IMG/VR virus record: IMGVR_UViG_3300020045_003630
Coordinates: 1-32,169 of that record
DNA length: 32,169 bases
Source: a virus
Lineage: Duplodnaviria; Caudoviricetes
Reading direction: 5' to 3' (one strand)
The position numbers were made by a program, and so were the translations under genes. Shown here piece by piece: positions 8,605 to 17,161 of this stretch (the first letter of the stretch is position 1; every line of letters starts with the position of its first letter). The notes under the pieces were generated by a model, which had not been told where the DNA came from, made no database searches, and saw nothing but the letters and a program-made list of their open reading frames with translations.

Positions 8605-8635
8605 TAGACATACAACACAGGAGATATATATATAA

Positions 8636-9049
8636 TTGCCAGTATATAAAAACAACACAAGTGTTCCACAGAGACTCACAGTAAAAGATGAGAATATGGG
8701 GGAGATACCCCCAGGAGTGGAATATACTACTAAGTACTTCACAAGTAATACTAATCTATCCTTAGTAACAGAAACTCCTTATTATAATAAAGTTACAGCA
8801 GTAACAGCTTTAACTGGTCTTAGTGGGACAGCACAAACAGTTAATATTGTAGCTGACACAGAGACTATTATTGTAACACAGATAACTGGATCGGTTACTG
8901 TTTATAGACAGGCAGTAGCAAACACACCAGCACAGTTTGTAGCTTATGATAATGAATCACCAGTTGTTCCTATCAATAATGATGGTACATTCAATAAACT
9001 ACTCTTTACAGGATCTGGTGATGTAACAGTTTACCAGTACCGAGCCTAA
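8636..9049 (+). CDS. Hypothetical beta-rich structural protein
   Basis: TTG start after GGAG; Thr/Val-rich. Confidence 0.6.
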   Translation: MPVYKNNTSVPQRLTVKDENMGEIPPGVEYTTKYFTSNTNLSLVTETPYYNKVTAVTALTGLSGTAQTVNIVADTETIIVTQITGSVTVYRQAVANTPAQFVAYDNESPVVPINNDGTFNKLLFTGSGDVTVYQYRA

Positions 9050-9053
9050 ACCA

Positions 9054-9203
9054 ATGGCAGATAAAGGAAAGATAGTAGACAACACAGTAAATATTATTAA
9101 GGAATTTTATGCTTCTGTTATGCAGGATAAGACACTATCTATCGAGGATAGGATGATTGCAGCAGAGAAACTTAAGGAGCTATTAGATGAAGAATCAAGA
9201 TAA
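9054..9203 (+). CDS. Small hypothetical protein (49 aa)
   Basis: Manual translation MADKGKIVDNTVNIIKEFYASVMQDKTLSIEDRMIAAEKLKELLDEESR; fills the gap between its neighbours. Confidence 0.55.
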   Translation: MADKGKIVDNTVNIIKEFYASVMQDKTLSIEDRMIAAEKLKELLDEESR

Positions 9204-9777
9204 CAAAGCATCTCGCGAAACAATAGATAGATCAGATGGTGTATCTGAAAGACCTTTAAAAGGCAAGAAAGCTATCAAGAAGGTTACAGAGAAATTAATT
9301 GAAGAACTCTCTGATGAAGAGAAAGCTGCTATTAATATAGAGAGATCCAGCCAGAGGAAGGTAGGTAGGAAGTTCGGTACAGACAAGCAATGGACAGAGG
9401 ATAATAAGACAATTAGGAATCAGAAGAGTACACAGAAGTGGGCTAATAAACTCATGCCTAAGACTCTTGTTATTCTTGAGAAGACTCTTACAAATCCAGC
9501 TACATCTCCAGTAGTAGTAAAAGGTATCTGTGAATTGATTCATAAGATTACTAAGGAGTTCTACGATAAGATAGAGGTAGCTCCTGATGGTAGAGCAGTA
9601 AATAAAGTTACAGCTAAGAAGACTCTTAAAGAGGAAGTTGCTGATGAAGCACGTAGAGCAAGGGATGTGGCAGAACAGCTTGGGGGAGGAAACGGTTTGA
9701 TCTCTTTGGTTTATGAAGAGGAAAGTAGTGATAGTAACGTCATTCCTAAGAATGACAGGACAGGGACTGAGAGTTAG
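9187..9777 (+). CDS. Putative terminase small subunit
   Basis: Charged, helical 196-aa protein upstream of terL (separated only by the HNH gene); RBS AAGGAG. Assignment is positional. Confidence 0.5.
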   Translation: MKNQDNKASRETIDRSDGVSERPLKGKKAIKKVTEKLIEELSDEEKAAINIERSSQRKVGRKFGTDKQWTEDNKTIRNQKSTQKWANKLMPKTLVILEKTLTNPATSPVVVKGICELIHKITKEFYDKIEVAPDGRAVNKVTAKKTLKEEVADEARRARDVAEQLGGGNGLISLVYEEESSDSNVIPKNDRTGTES

Positions 9778-9870
9778 GCTTAACAAGATAAGATAAAAGT
9801 ACAGAATAAAAAGAATCATAGCAAATATCTTCATGCTATGAAGAATAATTACAATATTGTGTTTATCTCA

Positions 9871-9899
9871 TTGACAATTACTCATTGCTATGATATAAT
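9871..9899 (+). promoter_or_regulatory. Consensus sigma70 promoter
   Basis: TTGACA-17 nt-TATAAT with TG extended -10. Confidence 0.85.
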
Positions 9900-10036
9900 A
9901 AGTAAATATTCAATTGAGACAGAGAGGTAGTTTTAAAGCACACATTGTGCGTGCATACAGAATGTATGAGTAGATAAATATTGGGATAGAAATCTTTAGG
10001 AAGCAAACTGATCATTTGCGGAGGATAGGTTTTGAT

Positions 10037-10094
10037 AAGTTGGTAACGCCTTACCGATTTCCCATTTATTATTACAGGCGATTACTTTAGGCGT
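10037..10094 (+). promoter_or_regulatory. Hairpin/pseudoknot-like leader before the HNH gene
   Basis: Stem AAGTTGGTAA/TTACCGATTT with loop CGCC; complementary AGGCG at 10076-10080 and 10089-10093, next to RBS GGAGGA. Confidence 0.45.
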
Positions 10095-10106
10095 GGAGGA
10101 ATAAAA

Positions 10107-11432
10107 TTGAGTAAGAAAGTTAAGTCTAATATTGAAGGTAGATTCTGTACTTGTTGTAAAGAATTTAAAGATTGGGATATGTTTGGTAACAGTGCTGCTG
10201 GTATAAATAAACATATGTCAATATGTAAGTCATGCAAAAGCAATAAAGCTAAAAATAGCAAAAAGAAAGTTACTATACCAAAGAAAGATATTATAAAGCC
10301 ACCATTTGTACTTTTAGAAGATGAAGTATGGGTTGATGTTATTGGTGCTTCTAAATATCAAGTCAGTAATCTTGGACGATTGAAACATAAGAAGAGAAAA
10401 GCATGTGTTGCTTCTTGTAGACCAAATTGTGGAAATGGATTATTAACTATATCTTATATACAGGATAGTGGTATAAGAACTGGGAAGACATTAGGACATC
10501 TTGTGGCAGAACATTTTGTTGAAAACCCTAATTCTTATAAGTACATACGTTATATAGATAGAGATTTTCTTAATAACGTTGCAGCTAATATAGAATATAC
10601 AGAGTGTAGGGTAGAGCATGATAATTCTGTACGTATGAATGACAATGGAAGAACTTGCACAAGATGTGGTAATTTCCTGCCATGGGATAATTTCTGCTAC
10701 TCTAAGAAAGGTATTAGAGATAAACATCATGTGTGCAGTAATTGTTGTGCCTTATATACATTAGACAATTACGAAATGTTACAGATTTCAAGTAGGGCTT
10801 TATATCAATCAAATAAAGAAGAAATAACACGTAAGAGTCATTTGAATTATCTTGCCAATCGGGAAGATCGTTTAGAAAAGTGCAGGGTATACCATAAAGA
10901 GCGTAAAACTTATCTTTCGCATCAAAGAAAGATATCTCCTACAAGTTATCATCTTTTTAAAGATAAATTGACTATTGAAGAGTCAGCTATTGAATCAGTA
11001 GATGGTTATTTAGAAGTTAAGTGTTCATTTTGTGGAGAATACTTCAGACCATCTTATTCTAAAGTTATGTCAAGGGTAGCAGCTTTAAATAGTGATAATG
11101 GATCTGATAACAGATTGTACTGTTCTAACGAATGCAAGAAAGCATGTCCTATATATAAGGTAAGAGATTATCCAAGGGGATCTAAGATATACAAAGATAA
11201 CCCAAGGTCAAAAGAACTGAGAGGTATGGCTATAGATAGAGATGAAGATAGGTGTCAAATTTGTGGGTGTGCTGTTGGATTAGAAGTTCACCATATAGTA
11301 CCATGTATTGAAAACCCTATGATAGCCAATGATCTTGATAATGTGATTACTCTTTGTAAAGATTGTCATAAAAACATCCATAAAACAATACCTGGGTGCG
11401 GTTATAAAGAACTTAGAGAATGTAGACGATAG
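10107..11432 (+). CDS. Multi-domain HNH endonuclease (zinc fingers, NUMOD4, degenerate HNH, C-terminal HNH)
   Basis: EVWVDV...YQVSNLGR (NUMOD4); C-terminal RD...CQICG....LEVHHIVP...NVITLCKDCHKNIH. Confidence 0.85.
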   Translation: MSKKVKSNIEGRFCTCCKEFKDWDMFGNSAAGINKHMSICKSCKSNKAKNSKKKVTIPKKDIIKPPFVLLEDEVWVDVIGASKYQVSNLGRLKHKKRKACVASCRPNCGNGLLTISYIQDSGIRTGKTLGHLVAEHFVENPNSYKYIRYIDRDFLNNVAANIEYTECRVEHDNSVRMNDNGRTCTRCGNFLPWDNFCYSKKGIRDKHHVCSNCCALYTLDNYEMLQISSRALYQSNKEEITRKSHLNYLANREDRLEKCRVYHKERKTYLSHQRKISPTSYHLFKDKLTIEESAIESVDGYLEVKCSFCGEYFRPSYSKVMSRVAALNSDNGSDNRLYCSNECKKACPIYKVRDYPRGSKIYKDNPRSKELRGMAIDRDEDRCQICGCAVGLEVHHIVPCIENPMIANDLDNVITLCKDCHKNIHKTIPGCGYKELRECRR

Positions 11433-11463
11433 ATTAATGTAATACACATAGGGGGTAATTAAT

Positions 11464-12261
11464 ATATCAAAAACTATATATGGGCCATGTAGTGAAAAAC
11501 AGGCCATGATGTTAAGATGTGATGCTGACATGATGCTCATCGGGGGCGCAGCGGGAGGTGGCAAGACGTTTTTGCTAACTCTTATAATGCTTAGGTATCT
11601 TGATGACCCTCTGTTTAGAGGGATTATGTTCAGGAGAACATTTTCACAGTTGACTAAGGCCGGGAATCTCGCCGACAAAGCTAAAATTATATTTGGGAGT
11701 CTCCCAGATAACATTAAGCCAAAGCTTATAGGTGGTACTAAGTTTATATTTGGCAATAAAGCAGAGATAGAGTTATCTCATATGCAGTACGAGAAAGATA
11801 AAGAGAACATTCAAGGGGCAGAATTCACGGTCCTGGCCGCAGACGAGGCGTGCCAATTCACATGGCCCCAGCTTGAATATATGATGTCCCGTATGAGGAG
11901 TACATCTAAGTATAACTCAAGGTTACTCCTATCCGCAAACCCGGACCCCGACCATTATTTAAGAGAAATTATAGATTGGTGGATTGATGAGAATGGTTTT
12001 CCCAGCCCAGAAAGAGAAGGTGTACTAAGGTACTTCATAAGAATTGATGGGAAGTTTCTGTGGGCAAATACTGCTGAGGAATTACACGAACAGTATGATA
12101 GTACTGGTCCTGATGGGGAGTTTGAACCATGTGATCCTATGACCTTTACATTTATCTCAAGTACGATTAGAGATAATAAAATTGCTATGAGAGATAATCC
12201 GAGGTATCTCGCATCACTAAAAGCATTAAACAAGGTTGATAAAGCAAGGTTACTCTACGGT
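11464..12261 (+). CDS. terL: Terminase large subunit, exon 1 (ATPase domain)
   Basis: Walker A GGAAGGGKT, Walker B LAADEA, coupling motif SANP. The adenine-binding GPCSEKQ lies upstream of ATG 11506, so a start at ATA 11464 after RBS GGGGGT is inferred. Confidence 0.9.
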
Positions 12262-13288
12262 AAAAACAGTTGCCGCTTTAATCAGTAATGATTATCGAAA
12301 ACTATGTGAATTCAGGGAAACTCTTAACAGGTAATGCTGAAGACAATCCTGAGCAAAATTAATCCGAATGTAGTAGGAGAGAATATGAAGAATTTAGATT
12401 TTTTAGGTTACAGTTGTTATTCAGTATCAGAGGATGGAAACGTATATAGTTTTAAGTCCAATAGATTTCTACTTGGGTGCATTTCTAATGGTTATCATGT
12501 AGTTGGTCTGACAAGTGACGCAGGAGTTGTCAAAGAGTTTTTTACCCATAGGTTAGTAGGATGGTGTTACCTAAAGGGTTTTAAAGACGGTTTGGTAATC
12601 AATCATAAGCAAAAGCCAACAACAAATAATCATTACAAAAACTTAGAGTGGGTCACTCCTGGTGATAATACACAATATGCGTATGATGTTGAGGAGACAT
12701 TTGGAAAGAATAATACACCACATCTAAATGCTGATGTTAAGAGTAAAACAATTTGTAACCCGTATGATGTTACTACACTCTCTAAAAGAATAAGAGAATT
12801 AACAGAAGATGATATCCACAATATATGTAGATTATTTGTTGAGGGGTATAGAGAGATTGATGTTGCTAAAATGACCGGATTTGATAGAAGATATATCGGC
12901 TTTATAAAGACTAATGAATGTGATAAATGGTCACACATAAGAAAACTTTACAATATATCATATATCAAGGAAGACAGAATGTCACCTGAGAAGGTAATTG
13001 AGATATGTAAGATGCTACAAGATGGTGGTAAAGTCTTACAGGTATCAAGAGATACAGGTGTTAATAGAAAAAAGGTTGGCAATATCAAAAATAGAAAAAC
13101 ATTTACTGAAATTTCTAAATTATATTCTTGGTAATTTTGTGCAGAGACTATTCCGAAAGGAAGTACACCCAAGTGGGTGGAAGCGCATAGCATCCTAAAT
13201 GGATGATGATATAGTCCAAACTATATGGAAACATATAGATGCAGGTAAAGCTGCTGGTGAGGATTAACGACCTTCATTGAATATCATG
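12262..13288 (+). mobile_element. Group I intron (IA-type, with P7.1/P7.2) in terL
   Basis: 5' splice site after GGT with P1 CGGU:GCCG (U-G wobble). IGS CAGTT pairs with 3' exon AACTG. P3 CTATGTG/CGCATAG; P4 TTCAGG/CCTGAG; P6 GCAAAATTA/TAATTTTGT; R GCAGAGACTA; S GATATAGTCC; P9 CTATATG-GAAA-CATATAG; terminal G at 13288. Splicing restores RLLYG|NW in frame. Confidence 0.95.
12385..13134 (+). CDS. Intron-encoded HNH homing endonuclease
   Basis: RBS GGAG before ATG 12385; YSVSEDGNVYS, HRLV...VINH....NN...NLEWVT...N; two C-terminal HTH-like repeats; lies in the P6 loop. Confidence 0.9.
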   Translation: MKNLDFLGYSCYSVSEDGNVYSFKSNRFLLGCISNGYHVVGLTSDAGVVKEFFTHRLVGWCYLKGFKDGLVINHKQKPTTNNHYKNLEWVTPGDNTQYAYDVEETFGKNNTPHLNADVKSKTICNPYDVTTLSKRIRELTEDDIHNICRLFVEGYREIDVAKMTGFDRRYIGFIKTNECDKWSHIRKLYNISYIKEDRMSPEKVIEICKMLQDGGKVLQVSRDTGVNRKKVGNIKNRKTFTEISKLYSW

Positions 13289-14005
13289 AACTGGAACCTT
13301 CGTCCAGAGGGATCTAATTACTTTCAAAGAGATTGGCTTAATAAGTTAGATACATTCCCGAGGCTCGTATCTCGTGTCAGAGCTTGGGATAAGGCAGCAT
13401 CCGAAGAGAATGATTCAGACCGTAAGTTCCCTGACTTTTCCGCATGTTGTGGTATGGGTAAAACAGCAAACGGGGATATAGTTATCTTTGGGAACCATTG
13501 CAGCTCTAACTACGATAAAGGGACTGAGACATTTGGTAGGTTTAGAAGAAGACCTGGAGAGAGGGAAAAGATAATACTCGATCAGGCTATACATGATGGT
13601 GATAACTGCCAAATAATTCTCCCTCAAGATCCTGGATCTGGTGGCAAGTCAGAATTCTTACAAAGTGCTAAGGATCTCATGGCAGAAGGTTTTATTGTAA
13701 GAAAAGATATGAGTTCTCCGACTACAGGGAAATTAAAGAAGTTTGAGCCGTTCTCAGCAGCATGTCAAAACCAAATGGTATCTATTGTAGAAAGTTCTTT
13801 TGATAGAAAAACACTTGATGCATTTTATAGCGAACTCGAAGGGTTTGATGGGGAAAGAAGTACAAGACAGAAAAAAGATGATTTTGCTGACTGTACAGCC
13901 ACAGCCTTCAACTACATTTCCCAGAAGAAAACTACCCGAATAGTATGCCGTAATCAGACAAATTCTAATACGTTGTCGAGTACATTACTCTCCACAATGA
14001 CATAG
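13289..14005 (+). CDS. terL: Terminase large subunit, exon 2 (RNase H-like nuclease domain)
   Basis: RAWDKAAS...PDFSA, PQDPGSGGK, EL.GFDG...KKDDFAD.TA.AFN. Confidence 0.92.
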   Translation, partial: NWNLRPEGSNYFQRDWLNKLDTFPRLVSRVRAWDKAASEENDSDRKFPDFSACCGMGKTANGDIVIFGNHCSSNYDKGTETFGRFRRRPGEREKIILDQAIHDGDNCQIILPQDPGSGGKSEFLQSAKDLMAEGFIVRKDMSSPTTGKLKKFEPFSAACQNQMVSIVESSFDRKTLDAFYSELEGFDGERSTRQKKDDFADCTATAFNYISQKKTTRIVCRNQTNSNTLSSTLLSTMT

Positions 14006-14054
14006 AGCCGTCATTGCTCTGGCAACAATGGAGTAATAAACAATAAGGATTAGC

Positions 14055-14363
14055 ATGATATCATCAACATCAAAAGTTACAACTAAACCAGCTCTTATCA
14101 TCAACCAGCAGCTTACAAGTTCTTTTGTTGCTGTAACAGTCCCTGCTAATCTAAGATTCGATTCTTATATAGTAAATACACAGGATAACTCAGATTGGGA
14201 AATGAAACTTAACTCTACTGATACAGCATTTTTTAAGTTTAGTCAAGATGGTTATACGAGTCCAATCAATAGTGATTTTGATAAGAGGGCAGATGACATT
14301 AACCCAACACTATTCTACGCTAAAGGTACTGGTGTATTACAGATGCTTTTTCTTGTATCGTAG
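14055..14363 (+). CDS. Hypothetical small beta-rich protein
   Basis: RBS AAGGA; same strand as the operon. Confidence 0.6.
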   Translation: MISSTSKVTTKPALIINQQLTSSFVAVTVPANLRFDSYIVNTQDNSDWEMKLNSTDTAFFKFSQDGYTSPINSDFDKRADDINPTLFYAKGTGVLQMLFLVS

Positions 14364-14386
14364 ATGGATGAGGAGTTTTCTTAATT

Positions 14387-14848
14387 ATGTTTACGTTCAT
14401 GTCTTCACCAACTAATCTAAGAAATAGCAAGGTAGGTCTTTCCCGTGATGGTGGCTTAATAGTTAAGCTCATCAACAAGACTGGTGGAGACTCTATAAGA
14501 GGTAATGTTCTCAGAGCAGGAACTATAGTATCAGGATCTGTAACAAAGGCAATTATTAATACAGCAGATGCTATTGGAGTGTTCTATGAATCTGGTACTC
14601 CAGATGGATCAGAAGCTTGGGTGGTAGTCTCTGGTATTGCATATGTTTATTACATAGGGTCAACTACTATGGGACATTTATCAAGGATTTTCATAACTGG
14701 AGATGTTGGCTATGTCCAGGGGCAGGCATTGAGTGAGTTATCTCCGACATCTCCATTTGCATCAGATAAACACTTCTGTGAGATTGGGCATTTGCTTGAG
14801 TCAAGAACAGGTGCTGGACTCGCTAAAACAGTCCTGCACTTCAATTAA
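14387..14848 (+). CDS. Hypothetical structural protein, beta-tulip/capsid-cement-like
   Basis: LINKTG....RGNV...AIGV......DGSEAWVVVSG.AYV pattern; RBS GAGGAG. Confidence 0.55.
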   Translation: MFTFMSSPTNLRNSKVGLSRDGGLIVKLINKTGGDSIRGNVLRAGTIVSGSVTKAIINTADAIGVFYESGTPDGSEAWVVVSGIAYVYYIGSTTMGHLSRIFITGDVGYVQGQALSELSPTSPFASDKHFCEIGHLLESRTGAGLAKTVLHFN

Positions 14849-14887
14849 GGTTTTATATCTACAAATAAGCATAACCAAAAGGAAAAT

Positions 14888-15466
14888 ATGATACAAGAAA
14901 AACAATTAATAGTCTGGAAGGACTTTAGACCGCAGAGTGTAAAGATACTCTGGAATAAACTAAATAATCTATATGCTGATGGTTGGAGAGCCTCTGATAA
15001 TAAAGACAATAGCAGAGCTGAACAGGCTGTTATCTCATTAGGTAAGTTCCAAGTAATGATGGTTAGGGATTGCATTGAGATTACTCATGATAAGATAAAT
15101 GAGATGACCAAGGTTGTTGAGTATGAAGCCTTTGCTAAAGAACACGGTATTGAGTATGATCCTGAACTATGCAAGACACCTATGAAATTTAAGAAGTTCC
15201 TAAGGGATGTTGTTGAAGGTGTTGCAGCTAAAGAGGCTGAATCTGGTGTTGTAAGAAAGAAAAAGGAAAAGAAAACTCCTTATAAGTCTGGATCAGAACT
15301 CTTCACTGAGTCTGAAATAGTGTCGGAACCAACTACAGTTGAACCAGTCATAACTGAGCCAGTAATAACTGAAGTAGCAATAGCTGAACAGCCAATATCA
15401 TTTGCTCCTGAGATATCTGAACCAGAAGGAACTCCTGAAGATAAACCTACTGATTTGCTCTTATAG
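14888..15466 (+). CDS. Hypothetical protein with acidic Pro/Glu-rich tail
   Basis: RBS AAGGA; EPVIT repeats near the C-terminus. Confidence 0.65.
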   Translation: MIQEKQLIVWKDFRPQSVKILWNKLNNLYADGWRASDNKDNSRAEQAVISLGKFQVMMVRDCIEITHDKINEMTKVVEYEAFAKEHGIEYDPELCKTPMKFKKFLRDVVEGVAAKEAESGVVRKKKEKKTPYKSGSELFTESEIVSEPTTVEPVITEPVITEVAIAEQPISFAPEISEPEGTPEDKPTDLLL

Positions 15467-15506
15467 AGGATCTATACTATAGAGACTCTAAAGGAGAATA
15501 CATAAC

Positions 15507-17150
15507 ATGGCCCTTAAGAAAACAGTTCTTGAAGTAAACAAAACAACACCTATAGAAAAATCATACATCAACAAACAAAGAAATAAACTCTCTGGTGCTA
15601 CAGAAGTAGGCCAACCAGGAATCATAACAAGTAATAACTTTATTCAAGATAGTAGACGAACTGAACTTACTCCTGAAAGGAGACTCTATACTTTTGATAT
15701 TATGTGTCAGGATGATGCAGTGAGCAATAGTATTGAGTTTACTAATATGTTGGTTGTAAATGCTTTACACACTGGTCAATTCGTTCCTGGCAATAGCAAG
15801 AGTGGCAAGTCAAAGATTGCAGCAGACTTCTTAAATCATTGTATTAGATCAATGTCTTATGGTACTTGGTTAGATTTCTGTATCAATGCAGCTACTGACC
15901 TTAAGTATGGATACTCTATGCTTAACCTTGTCACCGAGGTAGCTAAGAGTGGCCCATATAGAGGCAACAGAGTAATCAAGAAGTTAGCCCCCAGGGACCA
16001 GAAGAGTGTCTATGGATGGGTGTGGGACAAGGAGATGCGTGAGTTTCAAGGATTTATACAGAAGAGAAACCTCGTTCAGAAAACGCCTACTTCGTCTAAG
16101 TCAAAGTACATGGGGAATCTTAATCTGCTATCTGCTGCTAAGTATTATGATATGGGTTATCCGTTCATAAAGAAAGATCAGCTACTTCATTTTACTTACA
16201 ATAGCACTAATAATAATCCCCAGGGTGATTCTCCTTTGATGCATTGTTATAATGCTTGGTGCGAGAAAAAACTAATTGAGAAGTATGAGATAATAGGTAC
16301 AACTAAAGGGCTTGGTGGCCTCCTTCTGCTTCGTATTCCTGGTGAATTGATAGAAAAGGCTAATGATCCTGAAGGTAGGTATCCAGAAGCTACTTTAGAG
16401 TATATGGCTCTACAACGTGACGCATCGGATTTACACTCAGCTAAGAATAGCTTTATGGTTATGACATCAGATGTTGATGAAGTTACAAAAACACCTCTCT
16501 ACGATATTAAGTTCTTAGGTGTTGAGGGTAATCAAGCTCAAAGTTTCAGTACCTCTGAGATTGTAGATCGTAGAAACAAGTCAATCTATAATACCTTCCT
16601 TACATCTGCTATTCTCTTAGGGCAAGGTGAAACAGGAAGTTACGCCTTATCTACCAGTATTACAAGTATGCATGGTTTAGCTGTAGAGAATAACTTACTC
16701 CAGAAATGTAATGTAATAAATTATCAACTTGGTAAAAGAATGCTCGAGATTAATGGTGCTGATCAAACTCTTAATTGGGATGATTATCCTGTGTTTGAAC
16801 CAAGAGACCCTTCCGAACTTGACCTAAACTCAGCATCCTCAGCCATACAAAGAATAAAGAGCGTTTCAGCTATGACACCTGAGTCTTTAAAGTGGTTCTA
16901 TAATAAACTTGGTATTGATACTGAGGGTATTGATAAACTTGACTTCTCTGGAGAAAGTACAAGCAGAGCTGGTGATGGAATGGTTTCTGCCGGGGAGGGT
17001 ACAAGCACATCAGTAGGGGATAAAAATGGTGGTGATGCCTCTATATCTAACACAGCTAATAAATCTGAAAAGGTAAGATTCTATGTGAGAGATGGTAATG
17101 CTTTAATTGATACAGCTACTGGATTATATGCAGGTGAACTTGATGAATAA
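15507..17150 (+). CDS. Portal protein
   Basis: 547 aa between terL and protease; YGYS, KLAPR, NPQG.SPL..CY.AW, LGQGETGSYALS motifs. Confidence 0.9.
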   Translation: MALKKTVLEVNKTTPIEKSYINKQRNKLSGATEVGQPGIITSNNFIQDSRRTELTPERRLYTFDIMCQDDAVSNSIEFTNMLVVNALHTGQFVPGNSKSGKSKIAADFLNHCIRSMSYGTWLDFCINAATDLKYGYSMLNLVTEVAKSGPYRGNRVIKKLAPRDQKSVYGWVWDKEMREFQGFIQKRNLVQKTPTSSKSKYMGNLNLLSAAKYYDMGYPFIKKDQLLHFTYNSTNNNPQGDSPLMHCYNAWCEKKLIEKYEIIGTTKGLGGLLLLRIPGELIEKANDPEGRYPEATLEYMALQRDASDLHSAKNSFMVMTSDVDEVTKTPLYDIKFLGVEGNQAQSFSTSEIVDRRNKSIYNTFLTSAILLGQGETGSYALSTSITSMHGLAVENNLLQKCNVINYQLGKRMLEINGADQTLNWDDYPVFEPRDPSELDLNSASSAIQRIKSVSAMTPESLKWFYNKLGIDTEGIDKLDFSGESTSRAGDGMVSAGEGTSTSVGDKNGGDASISNTANKSEKVRFYVRDGNALIDTATGLYAGELDE

Positions 17151-17161
17151 CAGGAGACTAA

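Noticed and set aside
12334-12384. ORF-track start of the intron endonuclease at 12334
   Set aside because: It lies within intron P5/P4/P6; ATG 12385 has the RBS.
12998-13198. Alternative-frame ORF over the intron 3' core
   Set aside because: It overlaps the endonuclease gene and catalytic RNA elements; no RBS.
11506-14005. terL as a pseudogene, two genes or intein-split
   Set aside because: Stops and frame changes exclude an intein; the group I intron explains the split exactly.
15464-15490. Hairpin TAGAG-GA-TCTATA-C-TATAGA-GA-CTCTA before the portal RBS
   Set aside because: AT-rich with an internal mismatch and no U-tract; too weak to assign a function.
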